Shown: positions 11,494 through 22,400 of the stretch, in pieces
How positions within the stretch are numbered: position 1 is the first letter of the stretch
How the letters are laid out: every line of letters starts with the position of its first letter
NCBI GenBank assembly: GCA_043228905.1
Contig: JBHGNT010000008.1
Span: forward strand, 22,414,486-22,478,485
Length of the DNA: 64,000 nucleotides
Direction of reading: 5' to 3'
From: Azolla caroliniana
Taxonomy: Eukaryota; Plantae; Polypodiophyta
The notes under the pieces: model-generated
Seen by the model: the letters and a program-made list of their open reading frames with translations, nothing else
Databases searched by the model: none
Told to the model about the DNA's origin: nothing
Made by a program: the position numbers and the translations under genes

Positions 11494-11650
11494 AACTAAG
11501 TTTTAAAACAATCCACCAAAATCCCCCACTTAAGACTAAATTTTCAAACAATCCACCCAAATCCCCCACTTAAGACTAAAGTTTCAAACAATCCACCCAA
11601 ATCCCCCACTTAACACTAAGTTTTCAAATAATTCACCCACATCCCCCACT
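11451..11650 (+). repeat. Five copies of a 40-bp minisatellite overlapping the RT stop codon
   Basis: taagactaagttttcaaacaatccacccaaatcccccact-type units start at 11451, 11491, 11531, 11571 and 11611. Confidence 0.92.
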
Positions 11651-11756
11651 TAATATTATCCCAAATCCCCCTTTTTCATCACATTAAAAACTCCCCCCTC
11701 ACCATCATCATTATACTAATTTCCCTTCTCTCATTCCCTATCACTTTCCTACACAC

Positions 11757-11795
<39 letters not shown>

Positions 11796-11880
11796 CCACA
11801 TTCTATTCTCTCGCATCTACTACACAAATCAAATCCTCCCCACTCCTTTTTCTCTCACTCCCTCTTCCTTCCCACCCCTT

Positions 11881-11887
11881 TATAAAT
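11881..11887 (+). promoter_or_regulatory. TATA box upstream of the right hammerhead
   Basis: cccctt-TATAAAT, ~19 nt before the ribozyme. Confidence 0.55.
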
Positions 11888-11905
11888 CACATTCTCTTGT
11901 TGTAA

Positions 11906-11960
11906 TGGTCTTTGCACTGAAGAGCTCCACTATTGAGCGAAACTAGTTTGCCTAAGACCA
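11906..11960 (+). ncRNA. Minimal type I hammerhead ribozyme (right arm)
   Basis: TGGTCTT-T-GCA-CTGAAGA-GCTC-cactatt-GAGC-GAAAC-TA-GTT^-TGC-CT-AAGACCA. It has the full core, stem I with an internal loop, and a palindromic AACTAGTT stem III. Predicted cleavage is after 11948. Confidence 0.9.
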
Positions 11961-11981
11961 CCACCCTCTTTGAATTAAAAA

Positions 11982-12027
<46 letters not shown>

Positions 12028-12124
12028 GTGTATGTTGCCTACTTTCTCTTGTTTAGCTTCAGCACCCTCTAATTGTCTTGTGCCTATCTCTACGCACTCC
12101 TTGTTTCCACCATTTGGTTCTAGT

Positions 12125-15100
12125 AAGAAATTAGTAAATTAGAGGAGGGAGTTGAGAAGAGGTCGTGAGTAAATTAAAATGTTCATACCTGGCTCCTGTG
12201 ATATCGGATTTCAGTGTTCAAACATGCGAATCGAAGCTAACAATGCTACCTATGATATGGAATAAAAAAATCATGATTCCGAAACTCAGGTCGAGAGACA
12301 TGAAGAAATTCGCGAATTAGAGGAGGGAGTTGAGAAGAGCCCGAGAGTAAATTAAAACGTTCATACCTGGCTCCTGTGATCCTGGATTTTTGTGTTCAAA
12401 GATTGGAATCGAAGCTAACAACAGTAGCTATGATATGGAATTAAAAAATCAAGATTTTGAAACTCAGGTCGACAGACATCAAGAAATTACCAAATTTGAG
12501 GAGGGAGTTGAGAAGAGCGCGTGAGTAAATTAAAATATTCATACCTGGCTCGTGTGATATCGGATTTTTGTGTTCAAAGATGCGAATCGAAGCTAACAAC
12601 GCTAGCTATGATATGGAATTAAAAAATCACGATTTTGAAACTCAGGTGAGAGACATGAAGAAATTAATAAATTAGAGGAGGGAGGAGAGAAGAGCTCGTG
12701 AGTAAATTAAAATGTTCATATCTGGCTCCTGTGATATCGGATTTCAGTGTTCAAACATGCGAATCGAAGCTAAACACGCTAGCTATGATATGGAATTAGA
12801 AAAACAAGATTTTAAAACTCAGGTTGACAGACATGAAGAAATTACCAAATTTCAGGACGGAGTTGAGGAAAGCGTTGTCGAGGTATTCCTCGCGGATGCG
12901 TGGAAAGAGGCGTAACCTCGGGGGTCCTGTACCAAAGAGCAAGAGAGGAGGGGAAGAATCCCTCTACGTGCGAGCGTAGATCCACAGATTTTGAAACTCA
13001 GGTCGATACACATGAAGAAATAACCAAATTTGAGGAGGGAGTTGAGAAGAGCGCGTGAGTAAATTATAAAGTTCATAGATGGCTCGTGTGATATCGGATT
13101 TTAGTGTTCAAACATGCGAATCGAAGCTAACAAGGCTAGCTATGATATGGAATTAAAAAATTTGGATTTTGAAACTCATGTGAGAGACATGAAGAAATTA
13201 GTAAATTAGAGGAGGGAGTTGAGAAGAGTCCGAGAGTAAATTAAAATGCTCATAGCTGGCTCGTGTGATATCGGATTTTAGTGTTCAAAGATGCGAATCG
13301 AAGCTAACAACGCTACCTATGATATGGAATTAAAAAATCAAGATATTGAAACGCAGGTCGTCAGACATGAAGAAAAATTAGTAAATTAGAGGAGGGAGTT
13401 GAGAAGAGGTCGTGAGTAAATTAAAATGTCCATACCTGGATCCTGTGATCCCGGATTTTTGTGTTCAAAGATGCGAATCGAAGCTAACAACGCTAACTAT
13501 GATATGGAATATAAAAAATCAAGATTTTAAAACTCATGTCGACAGACATGAAGAAATTACAAAATTTGAGGAGGGAGTTGAGAAAAGCCCGAGAGTAGAT
13601 TAAAATGTTAATATCTGGCTCGTGTGATATCGGATTTTAGTGTCCAAACATGCGAATAGAAGCTAACAATGCTACCTATGATATGGAATTAAAAAATCAA
13701 GATTTTGAAACTCAGGTGAGAGACATGAAGAAATTAGTAAATTAAAGGAGGGAGTTGAGAAGAGCCCGAGAGTAAATTAAAATGTTCATAGCTAGCTCAT
13801 GTGATATCGGAATTTTAGTGTTCAAAGATGCGAATCGAAGCTAACAATGCTACCTATGATATGGAATTAAAAAATCAAGATTTTGAAACTCAGGTCGATA
13901 GACCTGAAGAAATTACAAAATTAGAGGAGGGAGTTGAGAAAAGCTCGTGAGTAAATTAAAATATTCATACCTGGCTCGTGTGATATCGGATTTCTGTGTT
14001 CAAAGATGCGAATCGAAGCTAACAACACTAGCTATAATATCGAATTAAAAAATCAAGATTTTGAAACTCAGGTCGAGAGACATGAATAAATTAGTAAATT
14101 AGAGGAGGGGATTGAGAAGAGCTCGTGAGTAAACTAAAATGTTCATACCTGGCTCCTGTGATCCCGGATTATTGTGTTCAAAGATTCGAATCGAAGCTAA
14201 CAACAGTAGCTATGATATCGAATTAAAAAATCAAGATTTTGAAACTCAGGTCGAGAGACATGACGAAATTACCAAATTTGAGGAGTGAGTTGAGAAGAGC
14301 TAGTAGGTATATTTAAATGTTCATACCTGGCTCGTGTGATATTGGATTGTTGTGTTCAAACATGCGAATCGAAGCTAACAACGCTAGCTATGATATGGAA
14401 TTAAAAAATCAATATTTTGAAACTCAGGTGGAGAGACATGACGAAAATAGCAAACTTGATGAGGGAGTTGATAGGAGCCCTTGAGTAAATTAAAATGTTC
14501 ATACCCAGCTCGTGTGATATCGGATTTTTGTGTTAAAAGATGGGAATCGAAGCTAACAATAGTAGCTATGATATGGAATTAAAAAATCAAGATTTTGAAA
14601 CTCAGATCGACAGATATGAAGAAATTACCAAATTTGAGGAGGGAGTTGAGAAGAGCGCGTGAGTAAATTCAAATGTTGATACCTGGCCCATGTGATATGC
14701 AATTTTGGTGTTCCAACATGCGAATCGAAGCTAACAACAGTAGCTATGATATGGAATTAAAAAATCAACATTTTGAAATTCAGGTCGAGAGACATGAAGA
14801 AATTAGTAAATTAGAGAAGGGAGTTGAGAAGAGCTGGTGAGTAAATTAAAATGTTCATACCTGGCTCGTGTGATATCAGATTTTTTTTGTTCAAAGACGC
14901 GAATCGAAGCTAATAACAGTAGTTATGATATGGAATTAAAAAATCAAGATTTTGAAACTCAGGTCGATAGACATGAAGAAATTACCAAATTAGAGCAGGG
15001 AGTTGCGAAAACCTCGTGAGTAAATTAAAATGTTCATACCTGGCTCATGTGATATCGGATTTCTGTGTTCAAAGATGCGAATCGAAGCTAACAATGCTAC

Positions 15101-18100
15101 CTATGATATGGAATTCAAAAATCAAGATTTTGAAACTCAGGTCGAGAGACATGAAGAAATTAGTAAATTAGAGGAGGGAGTGGAGAAGAGCTCGTGAGTA
15201 AATTAAAATGTTCATACCTGGCTCGTGTGATATCGGATTTTAGTGTCCAAACATGCGAATCGAAGCTAACAACGCTACCTATGATATGGAATGAAAAAAT
15301 CAAGATTTTGAAACTCAGGTGAGAGACATGAAGAAATTAGTAAATTAAAGGAGGGAGTTGAGAAGAGCGCGAGAGTAAACTAAATTGTTCATAGCTGTCT
15401 CGTGTGATATCGGATTTTAGTGTTCAAAGATACGAATCGAAGCTAACAACGATACCTCTGATTTGGAATTAATAAATCAAGATTTTGAAACGCAGGTCGT
15501 CAGACATGAAGAAAAATTAGTAAATTAGAGGAGGGAGTTGAGGAGAGGTCGTGAGTAAATTAAAATGTTCATACCTGGATCCTGTGATCCCAGATTTTTG
15601 TGTTCAAAGATGCGAATCGAAGCTAACAACGCTACCTATGATATGGAATATAAAAAATTAAGATTTTAAAACTCACGTCGACAGACATGAAGAAATTACA
15701 AAATTTGAGGAGGGAGTTAAGAAAAGCCCGAGAGTAGATTAAAATGTTGATACCTAGCCCATGTGAGATGCGATTTTAGTGTTCCAACATGCGAATCGAA
15801 GCTAACAACAGTAGCTATGATATGGAATTAAAAAATAAACATTTTGAAATTCAGGTCGAGAGACATGAAGAAATTAGTAAATTAGAGGAGGGAGTTGAGA
15901 GCAGCTGGTGAGTAAATTAAAATGTTCATACCTGGCTCGTGTGATATCGGATTTTTGTGTTCAAAGATGCGAATCGAAGCTAACAATGCTACCTATGATA
16001 TGGAATTAAAAAATCAAGATTTTGAAACTTAGGTCGATAGACATGAAGAAATTACCAAATTTGAGGAGGGAGTTGAGAAGAGCGCGTGAGTAAATTAAAA
16101 TGTTCATACCTGGCCCATGTGATATGCGATTTTAGTGTTCAAACATGCGAATCGAAGCTAACAACAGTAGCAATGATATGGAATTAAAAAATCAAGATTT
16201 TGAAACTCAGGGCCATAGACATGAAGAAATTAGTAAATCAGAGGAGGGAGTTGAGAAGAGCTCGTGAGTAAATTAAAATGTTCATACCTGGCTCCTGTGA
16301 TCCCGGATTATTGTGTTCAAAGATTCGAATCGAAGCTAACAAAGTAGCTATGATATAGAATTAAAAAATCAACATTTTGAAATTCAGGTCGAGAGACATG
16401 AAGAAATTAGTAAATTAGAGGAGGGAGTGGAGAAGAGCTCGTGAGTAAATTACAATGTTCATACCTTGCTCGTTGGATATCGGATTTTTGTGTTCAGAGA
16501 TGCGAATCGAAGCTAACAACACCAGCTATGATATGGAACTAAAAAATCAAGAGTTTGAAACTCAGGTCGACAGATATGAAGAAATTACCAAATTGAAGGA
16601 GGGAGTTGAGAAGAGCGTGTAAGTAAATTAAAATGTTCATACCTGGCCCATCTGATATGCGATTTTAGTGTTCCAATATGCGAATCGAAGCTAACAACAG
16701 TAGCTATGATATAGTATTAAAAAATCAAGATTTTGAAACTCTGGTCGAGAGACATGAAGAAATTAGTAAATTAGAGGAGGGAGTTGAGAAGAGCTGGTGA
16801 GTAAATTAAAATGTTCATACCTGGCTCGTGTGATATCGGATTTTTTTGTTCAAAGACGCGAATCGAAGCTAATAACAGTAGCTATGATATGGAATTAAAA
16901 AATCAAGATTTTGAAACTCAGGTCGATAGACATGAAGAAATTACCAAATTTGAGGAGGGAGTTGAGAAGAGCTCGTGAGTAAATTAAAATGTTCATAACT
17001 GGCCCATGTGCTATGCAATTTTAGTGTTCAAACATGCGAATCGAAGCGAACAACAGTAGCAATGGTATGGAATTAAAGAATCAAGATATGACGAAATTAG
17101 CAAACTTGAGGAGGGAGTTGAGAGGAGCCCTTGAGTAAATGAAAATGTTCATACGTGGCTCGTGTGATATCGGATTTTAGTGTTCAAACATGCGAATGGA
17201 AGCTAACAAGGCTAGCTATGATATGGAATTAAGAAAATCAAGATTTTGAAACTCAGCTTGAGAGACATGAAGAAATTCGCGAATTAGAAGAAGGAATTGA
17301 GAAGAGCCCGAGAGTAAATTAAAATTTTCATACGTGTCCCTTGTGATAGCGGGTTTTAGTGTTCAAACATGCGAATCGAAGCTAACAAGGCTAGCTATGA
17401 TATGAAATTAAAAAATCAAGATTTTGAAACTCAGGTCGAGAGACATGATGAAATTACCAAATTTGAGGAGGGAGTTGAGAAGAGCGCGTGAGTAAATGAA
17501 AATGTTCATACCTGGCTCGAGTGATATCGGATTTTTGTGTTCAAACATGCAAATCGAAGTTAACAAGGCTAGCTATGATATGGAATTAAAAAATCAACAT
17601 TTTGAAACTCAGGTCGAGAGACATGACGAAATTACCAAATTAGAGGAGGGAGTTGAGAAGAGAGCGTGAGTAAATTAAAATGTTCATACCTGGTTCGAGT
17701 GATATCGGATTTATGTGTTCAAACATGCAAATCGAAGCTAATAACGGTAGCCATGATATGGAATTAAAAAATCAAGATTTTGAGACTCAGTGCGAGAGAC
17801 ATGACGAAATTACCAAATTTAAGGAGGGAGTTGCGAAGAGCGCGTGAGTAAATTAAAATGTTCATAATTTGCTCGTGTGATATCGGATTTTTGTGTTCAA
17901 ACATGCGAATCGAAGCTAACAAGGCTAGCTATGATATGGAACTAAAAAATCAAGATTTTTAAACTCAGGTTGAGAGACATGATGAAATTAGCAAACTTGA
18001 GGAGGGAGTTGAGAGGGGCCCTTGAGTAAATGAAAATGTTCATACCTGGCTCGAGTGATATCAACGCTAGCTATGATATGGAATTAAAACATCAACATTT

Positions 18101-18804
18101 TGAAACTCAGGTCGAGAGAAATGACGAAATTAGCAACCTTGACAAGGGAGTTGAGAGCAGCCCTTGAGCAAATTAAAATGTTCATACCTGGCTCGTGTGA
18201 TATCGGATTTTTGTGTTCAAACATGCCAATCGAAGCCAACAACGCTACCTATGATATGGAATTAAATAATCAAGATTTTGAAACTCAGGTAGACAGACAT
18301 GAAGAAATTACCAAATTTGAGGAGGGAGTTGAGAAGAGCGCGTGAGTAAATTAAAATGTTCATACCTGGCCCATGTGATATGCGATTTTAGTGTTCAAAC
18401 GAGCGAATCGAAGCTAACAATTATAGCAATGATATGGAATCAAAAAATCAAGATTTTGAAACTCAGGTCGATAGACATGAAGAAATTAGTAAATTAGAGG
18501 AGGGAGTGGAGAAGAGGTCGTGAGTAAATTAAAATGTTCATACTTGGCTCCTGCGATCCCGGATGAAGAAATTAGTAAATTAGAGGAGGGAGTGGAGAAG
18601 AGCTCGTGAGTAAATTAAAATGTTCATACCTGGCTCGTCTGATATCGGCTTTTTGTGTTCAAAGTTGCGAATCGAAGCTAACAACACTAGCTATGATATG
18701 GAATTAAAAAATCAAGATTTTTAAACCCAGGTCGACAGACATAAAGAAATTCGTGAATTAGAAGAGGGAGTTGAGAAGAGCCTGAGAGTAAATTTAAATG
18801 TTCA
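12125..18804 (+). repeat. 178-bp satellite, diverged/transitional layer (interrupted at 12876-12986)
   Basis: Same monomer. Patches of the younger variant occur near 14260-14480 and 17090-18170. Several monomers are internally deleted. Confidence 0.96.
12876..12986. other. 111-bp non-satellite segment, possible LTR remnant
   Basis: GC-rich, begins TGTCGAGG and ends TCCACA. No TSD. Confidence 0.45.
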
Positions 18805-19446
18805 TGTCGTAATTCCGTGCTCGGCCACAACCGAGGAACAGGATCGATTCACAGAAAACGGGAAATACAACAATGCACGAAAAACAATAGAGAGAAGGGC
18901 ACACTGGATGTTTTACGTGGAAAACCCTAAATGGGAAAAACCACGGGAGTGCAAGACTCCAACTATCACTATACGCGGGAATGTACAATGGCGAGCTGCA
19001 AGGCGACGACCTTGAGCTCGCTGTCCTCGCCACAGGCGGCGGTATTACACAGAGGCGTCGACCTCTTCCTTCCTCCTTCTCTCTCACACTCTCTCGGCTG
19101 CTCTCACTTCGCTCCCTCTTCGTGGAAAACAGAAAATGAGCAACAACAACAAACTGTTTTACCCTAAGTCATATTTATACACATATGACTTTCGGGCTAT
19201 TTACAAATATAGCCTCAAGGGCTCTTGGCAAACATATTCACAAATATGTCCCCGCATCCGGATCTCTCTCCGGGTACATTCGTCATCCGGCTCCGTAACC
19301 GGGATCTTCATCATCCGGATCCGGATCCGGGTACTCTTCATCCGGCTTCATGCCGGGTACTCTTCATCATCCGGTTCCGTAACCGCAACCGGGCTTGCCG
19401 TCATTCATCTCCGGACATCCCATCCGGAGGGACCGAAATCCCAACA
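18805..19446 (-). mobile_element. Copia solo LTR (642 bp), related to the LTR at 47548-48157
   Basis: TG...CA ends and a 5-bp TSD GTTCA (18800-18804 / 19447-19451). It shares blocks with the outer copia LTR, such as cgccacaggcggcggtattacacagaggcgtc and gggaccgaaatcccaaca. Confidence 0.95.
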
Positions 19447-22400
19447 GTTCATACCTGGCTCCTGTGATCCCGGATGAAGAAATTAGTAAATTAGAGGAGG
19501 GAGTGGAGAAGAGCTCGTGAGTAGATTAAAATGTTTATACCTAGCTCGTGTGATATCGGATTTTTTTGTTCAAAGATGCGAATCGAAGCTAACAACACTA
19601 GCTATGATATGGAATTAAAAAATCAAGATTTTGAAACTCAGGTCGAGAGACATGACGAAAATAGCAAACTTGAGGAGGGAGTTGAGAGGAGCCCTTGAGT
19701 AAATTAAAATGTTCATACCTGGGTCGTGTGATATCGGATTTTTGTGTTCAAATATCCAAATCGAAGCCAACAACGCGAGCTATGATATGGAATTAAAAAA
19801 TAAAGATTTTAAAACTCTGGTCGAGAGACATGACGAAATTACCAAATTTGAGAAGTGAGTTGAGAACAGCCCTTGAGTAAATTAAAATGTTCATACCTGG
19901 CTCGTGTGATATCGGATTTTTGTGTTCAAACATGCAAATCGAACCTAACAACGCTAGCTATGATATGGAATTAAAAAATCAAGATTTTGAAACTCAGGTC
20001 GAGAGACATGACGAAATTACCAAATTTGAGGAGTGAGTTGAGAACAGTCCTTGAGTAAATTAAAATGTTCATACCTGGCTCGTGTGATATCGGATTTTTG
20101 TGTTCAAACATGCAAATCGAAGCCAACAACGCTAGCTATGATATGAAATTAAAAAATCAAGAATTTGAGACTCAGGTCGAGAGACATGACGAAAATAGCA
20201 AATTTGAGGAGTGAGGTGAGAAGAGCTAGTAGGTATATTAAAATGTTCATACCTGGCTCGTGTGATATCAGATTTTTGTGTTCAAACATGCAAATCGAAG
20301 CTAACAACGCTAGCTATGATATGGAATTAAAAAATCAAGATTTTAAAACTCAGGTCGAGAGACATGACGAAAATAGCAAACTTGAGGAGGGAGTTGAGAG
20401 GAGCCCTTGAGTAAATTAAAATGTTCATACCTGGGTCGTGTGATATCGGATTTTTGTGTTCAAACATGCAAATCGAAGCTAACAACGCTAGCTATGATAT
20501 GGAATTAAAAAATCAAGAATTTCAAACTCAGGTCGAGAGACATGACGAAAATAGCAAACTTGAGGAGGGAGTTGAGAGGAGCCCTTAAGTAATTAAAATG
20601 TTCATACCTGGCTCGTGTGATATCGGATTTTTGTGTTCAAACATGCGAATCGAAGCCAACTACGTGAGGTATGATATGGAATTAAAAAATCAAGATTTTG
20701 AAACTCAGGTCGAGAGACATGACGAAAATAGCAAACTTGAGGAGGGAGTTGAGAGGAGCCCTTGAGTAAATTAAAATGTTCATACCTGGCTCGTGTGATA
20801 TCGGATTTTTGTGTTCAAACATGGAAATCGAAGCTTGAAACGCTAGCTATGATATGGACTTAAAAAATCAAGATTTTGAAACTCAGGTCGAGAGACATGA
20901 CGAAAATAGCAAACTTGAGGAGGGAGTTGAGAGGAGCCCTTGAGTAGATTAAAATGTTCATACCTGGGTCGTGTGATATCGGATTTTTGTGTTCAAACAT
21001 GCAAATCGAAGCTAACAACGCTAGCTATGATATGGAATTAAAAAATCAAGATTTTGAAACTCAGGTCGAGAGACATGACGAAAATAGCAAACTTGAGGAG
21101 GGAGTTGAGAGGAGCCCTTGAGTAGATTAAAATGTTCATACCTGGGTCGTGTGATATCGGATTTTTGTGTTCGAACATGCAAATCGAAGCTAACAACGCG
21201 AGCTATGATATGGAATTAAAAAATCAAGAATTTCAAACTCAGGTCGAGAGACATGACGAAAATAGCAAACTTGAGGAGGGAGTTGAGAGGAGCCCTTGAG
21301 TAAATTAAAATGTTCATACCTGGCTCGTGTGATATCGGATTTTTGTGTTCAAACATGCGAATCGAAGCCAACAACGCGAGCTATGATATGGAATTAAAAA
21401 ATCAAGAATTTCAAACTCAGGTCGAGAGACATGACGAAAATAGCAAACTTGAGGAGGGAGTTGAGAGGAGCCCTTAAGTAATTAAAATGTTCATACCTGG
21501 CTCGTGTGATATCAGATTTTTGTGTTCAAACATGCGAATCGAAGCCAACTACGTGAGGTATGATATGGAATTAAAAAATCAAGATTTTGAAACTCAGGTC
21601 GAGAGACATGACGAAAATAGCAAACTTGAGGAGGGAGTTGAGAGGAGCCCTTGAGTAACTTAAAATGTTCATACCTGGCTCGTGTGATATCGGATTTTTG
21701 TGTTCAAACATGGAAATCGAAGCTTGAAACGCTAGCTATGATATGGACTTAAAAAATCAAGATTTTGAAACTCAGGTCGAGAGACATGACGAAAATAGCA
21801 AACTTGAGGAGGGAGTTGAGAGGAGCCCTTGAGTAGATTAAAATGTTCATACCTGGGTCGTGTGATATCGGATTTTTGTGTTCAAACATGCAAATCGAAG
21901 CTAACAACGCTAGCTATGATATGGAATTAAAAAATCAAGATTTTGAAACTCAGGTCGAGAGACATGACGAAAATAGCAAACTTGAGGAGGGAGTTGAGAG
22001 GAGCCCTTGAGTAGATTAAAATGTTCATACCTGGGTCGTGTGATATCGGATTTTTGTGTTCAAACATGCAAATCGAAGCTAACAACGCGAGCTATGATAT
22101 GGAATTAAAAAATCAAGAATTTCAAACTCAGGTCGAGAGACATGACGAAAATAGCAAACTTGAGGAGGGAGTTGAGAGGAGCCCTTGAGTAAATTAAAAT
22201 GTTCATACCTGGCTCGTGTGATATCGGATTTTTGTGTTCAAACATGCGAATCGAAGCCAACAACGCGAGCTATGATATGGAATTAAAAAATCAAGATTTT
22301 GAAACTCAGGTCGAGAGACATGACGAAAATAGCAAACTTGAGGAGGGAGTTGAGAGGAGCCCTTGAGTAAATTAAAATGTTCATACCTGGCTCGTGTGAT

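Larger units (their letters stand above)
7615..12124 (+). mobile_element. Penelope-like retroelement (PLE), endonuclease-deficient, with inverted hammerhead-bearing terminal arms
   Basis: Non-satellite block with a PLE-type RT ORF and hammerheads at both ends in opposite orientation. Satellite stops after ...aacactagcta (7614) and resumes at aagaaattag (~12125). No TSD. Confidence 0.9.

Noticed and set aside
7615-12124. Telomeric repeats at the PLE ends
   Set aside because: Looked for because EN-minus PLEs are often telomeric. No TTTAGGG-type arrays are present.
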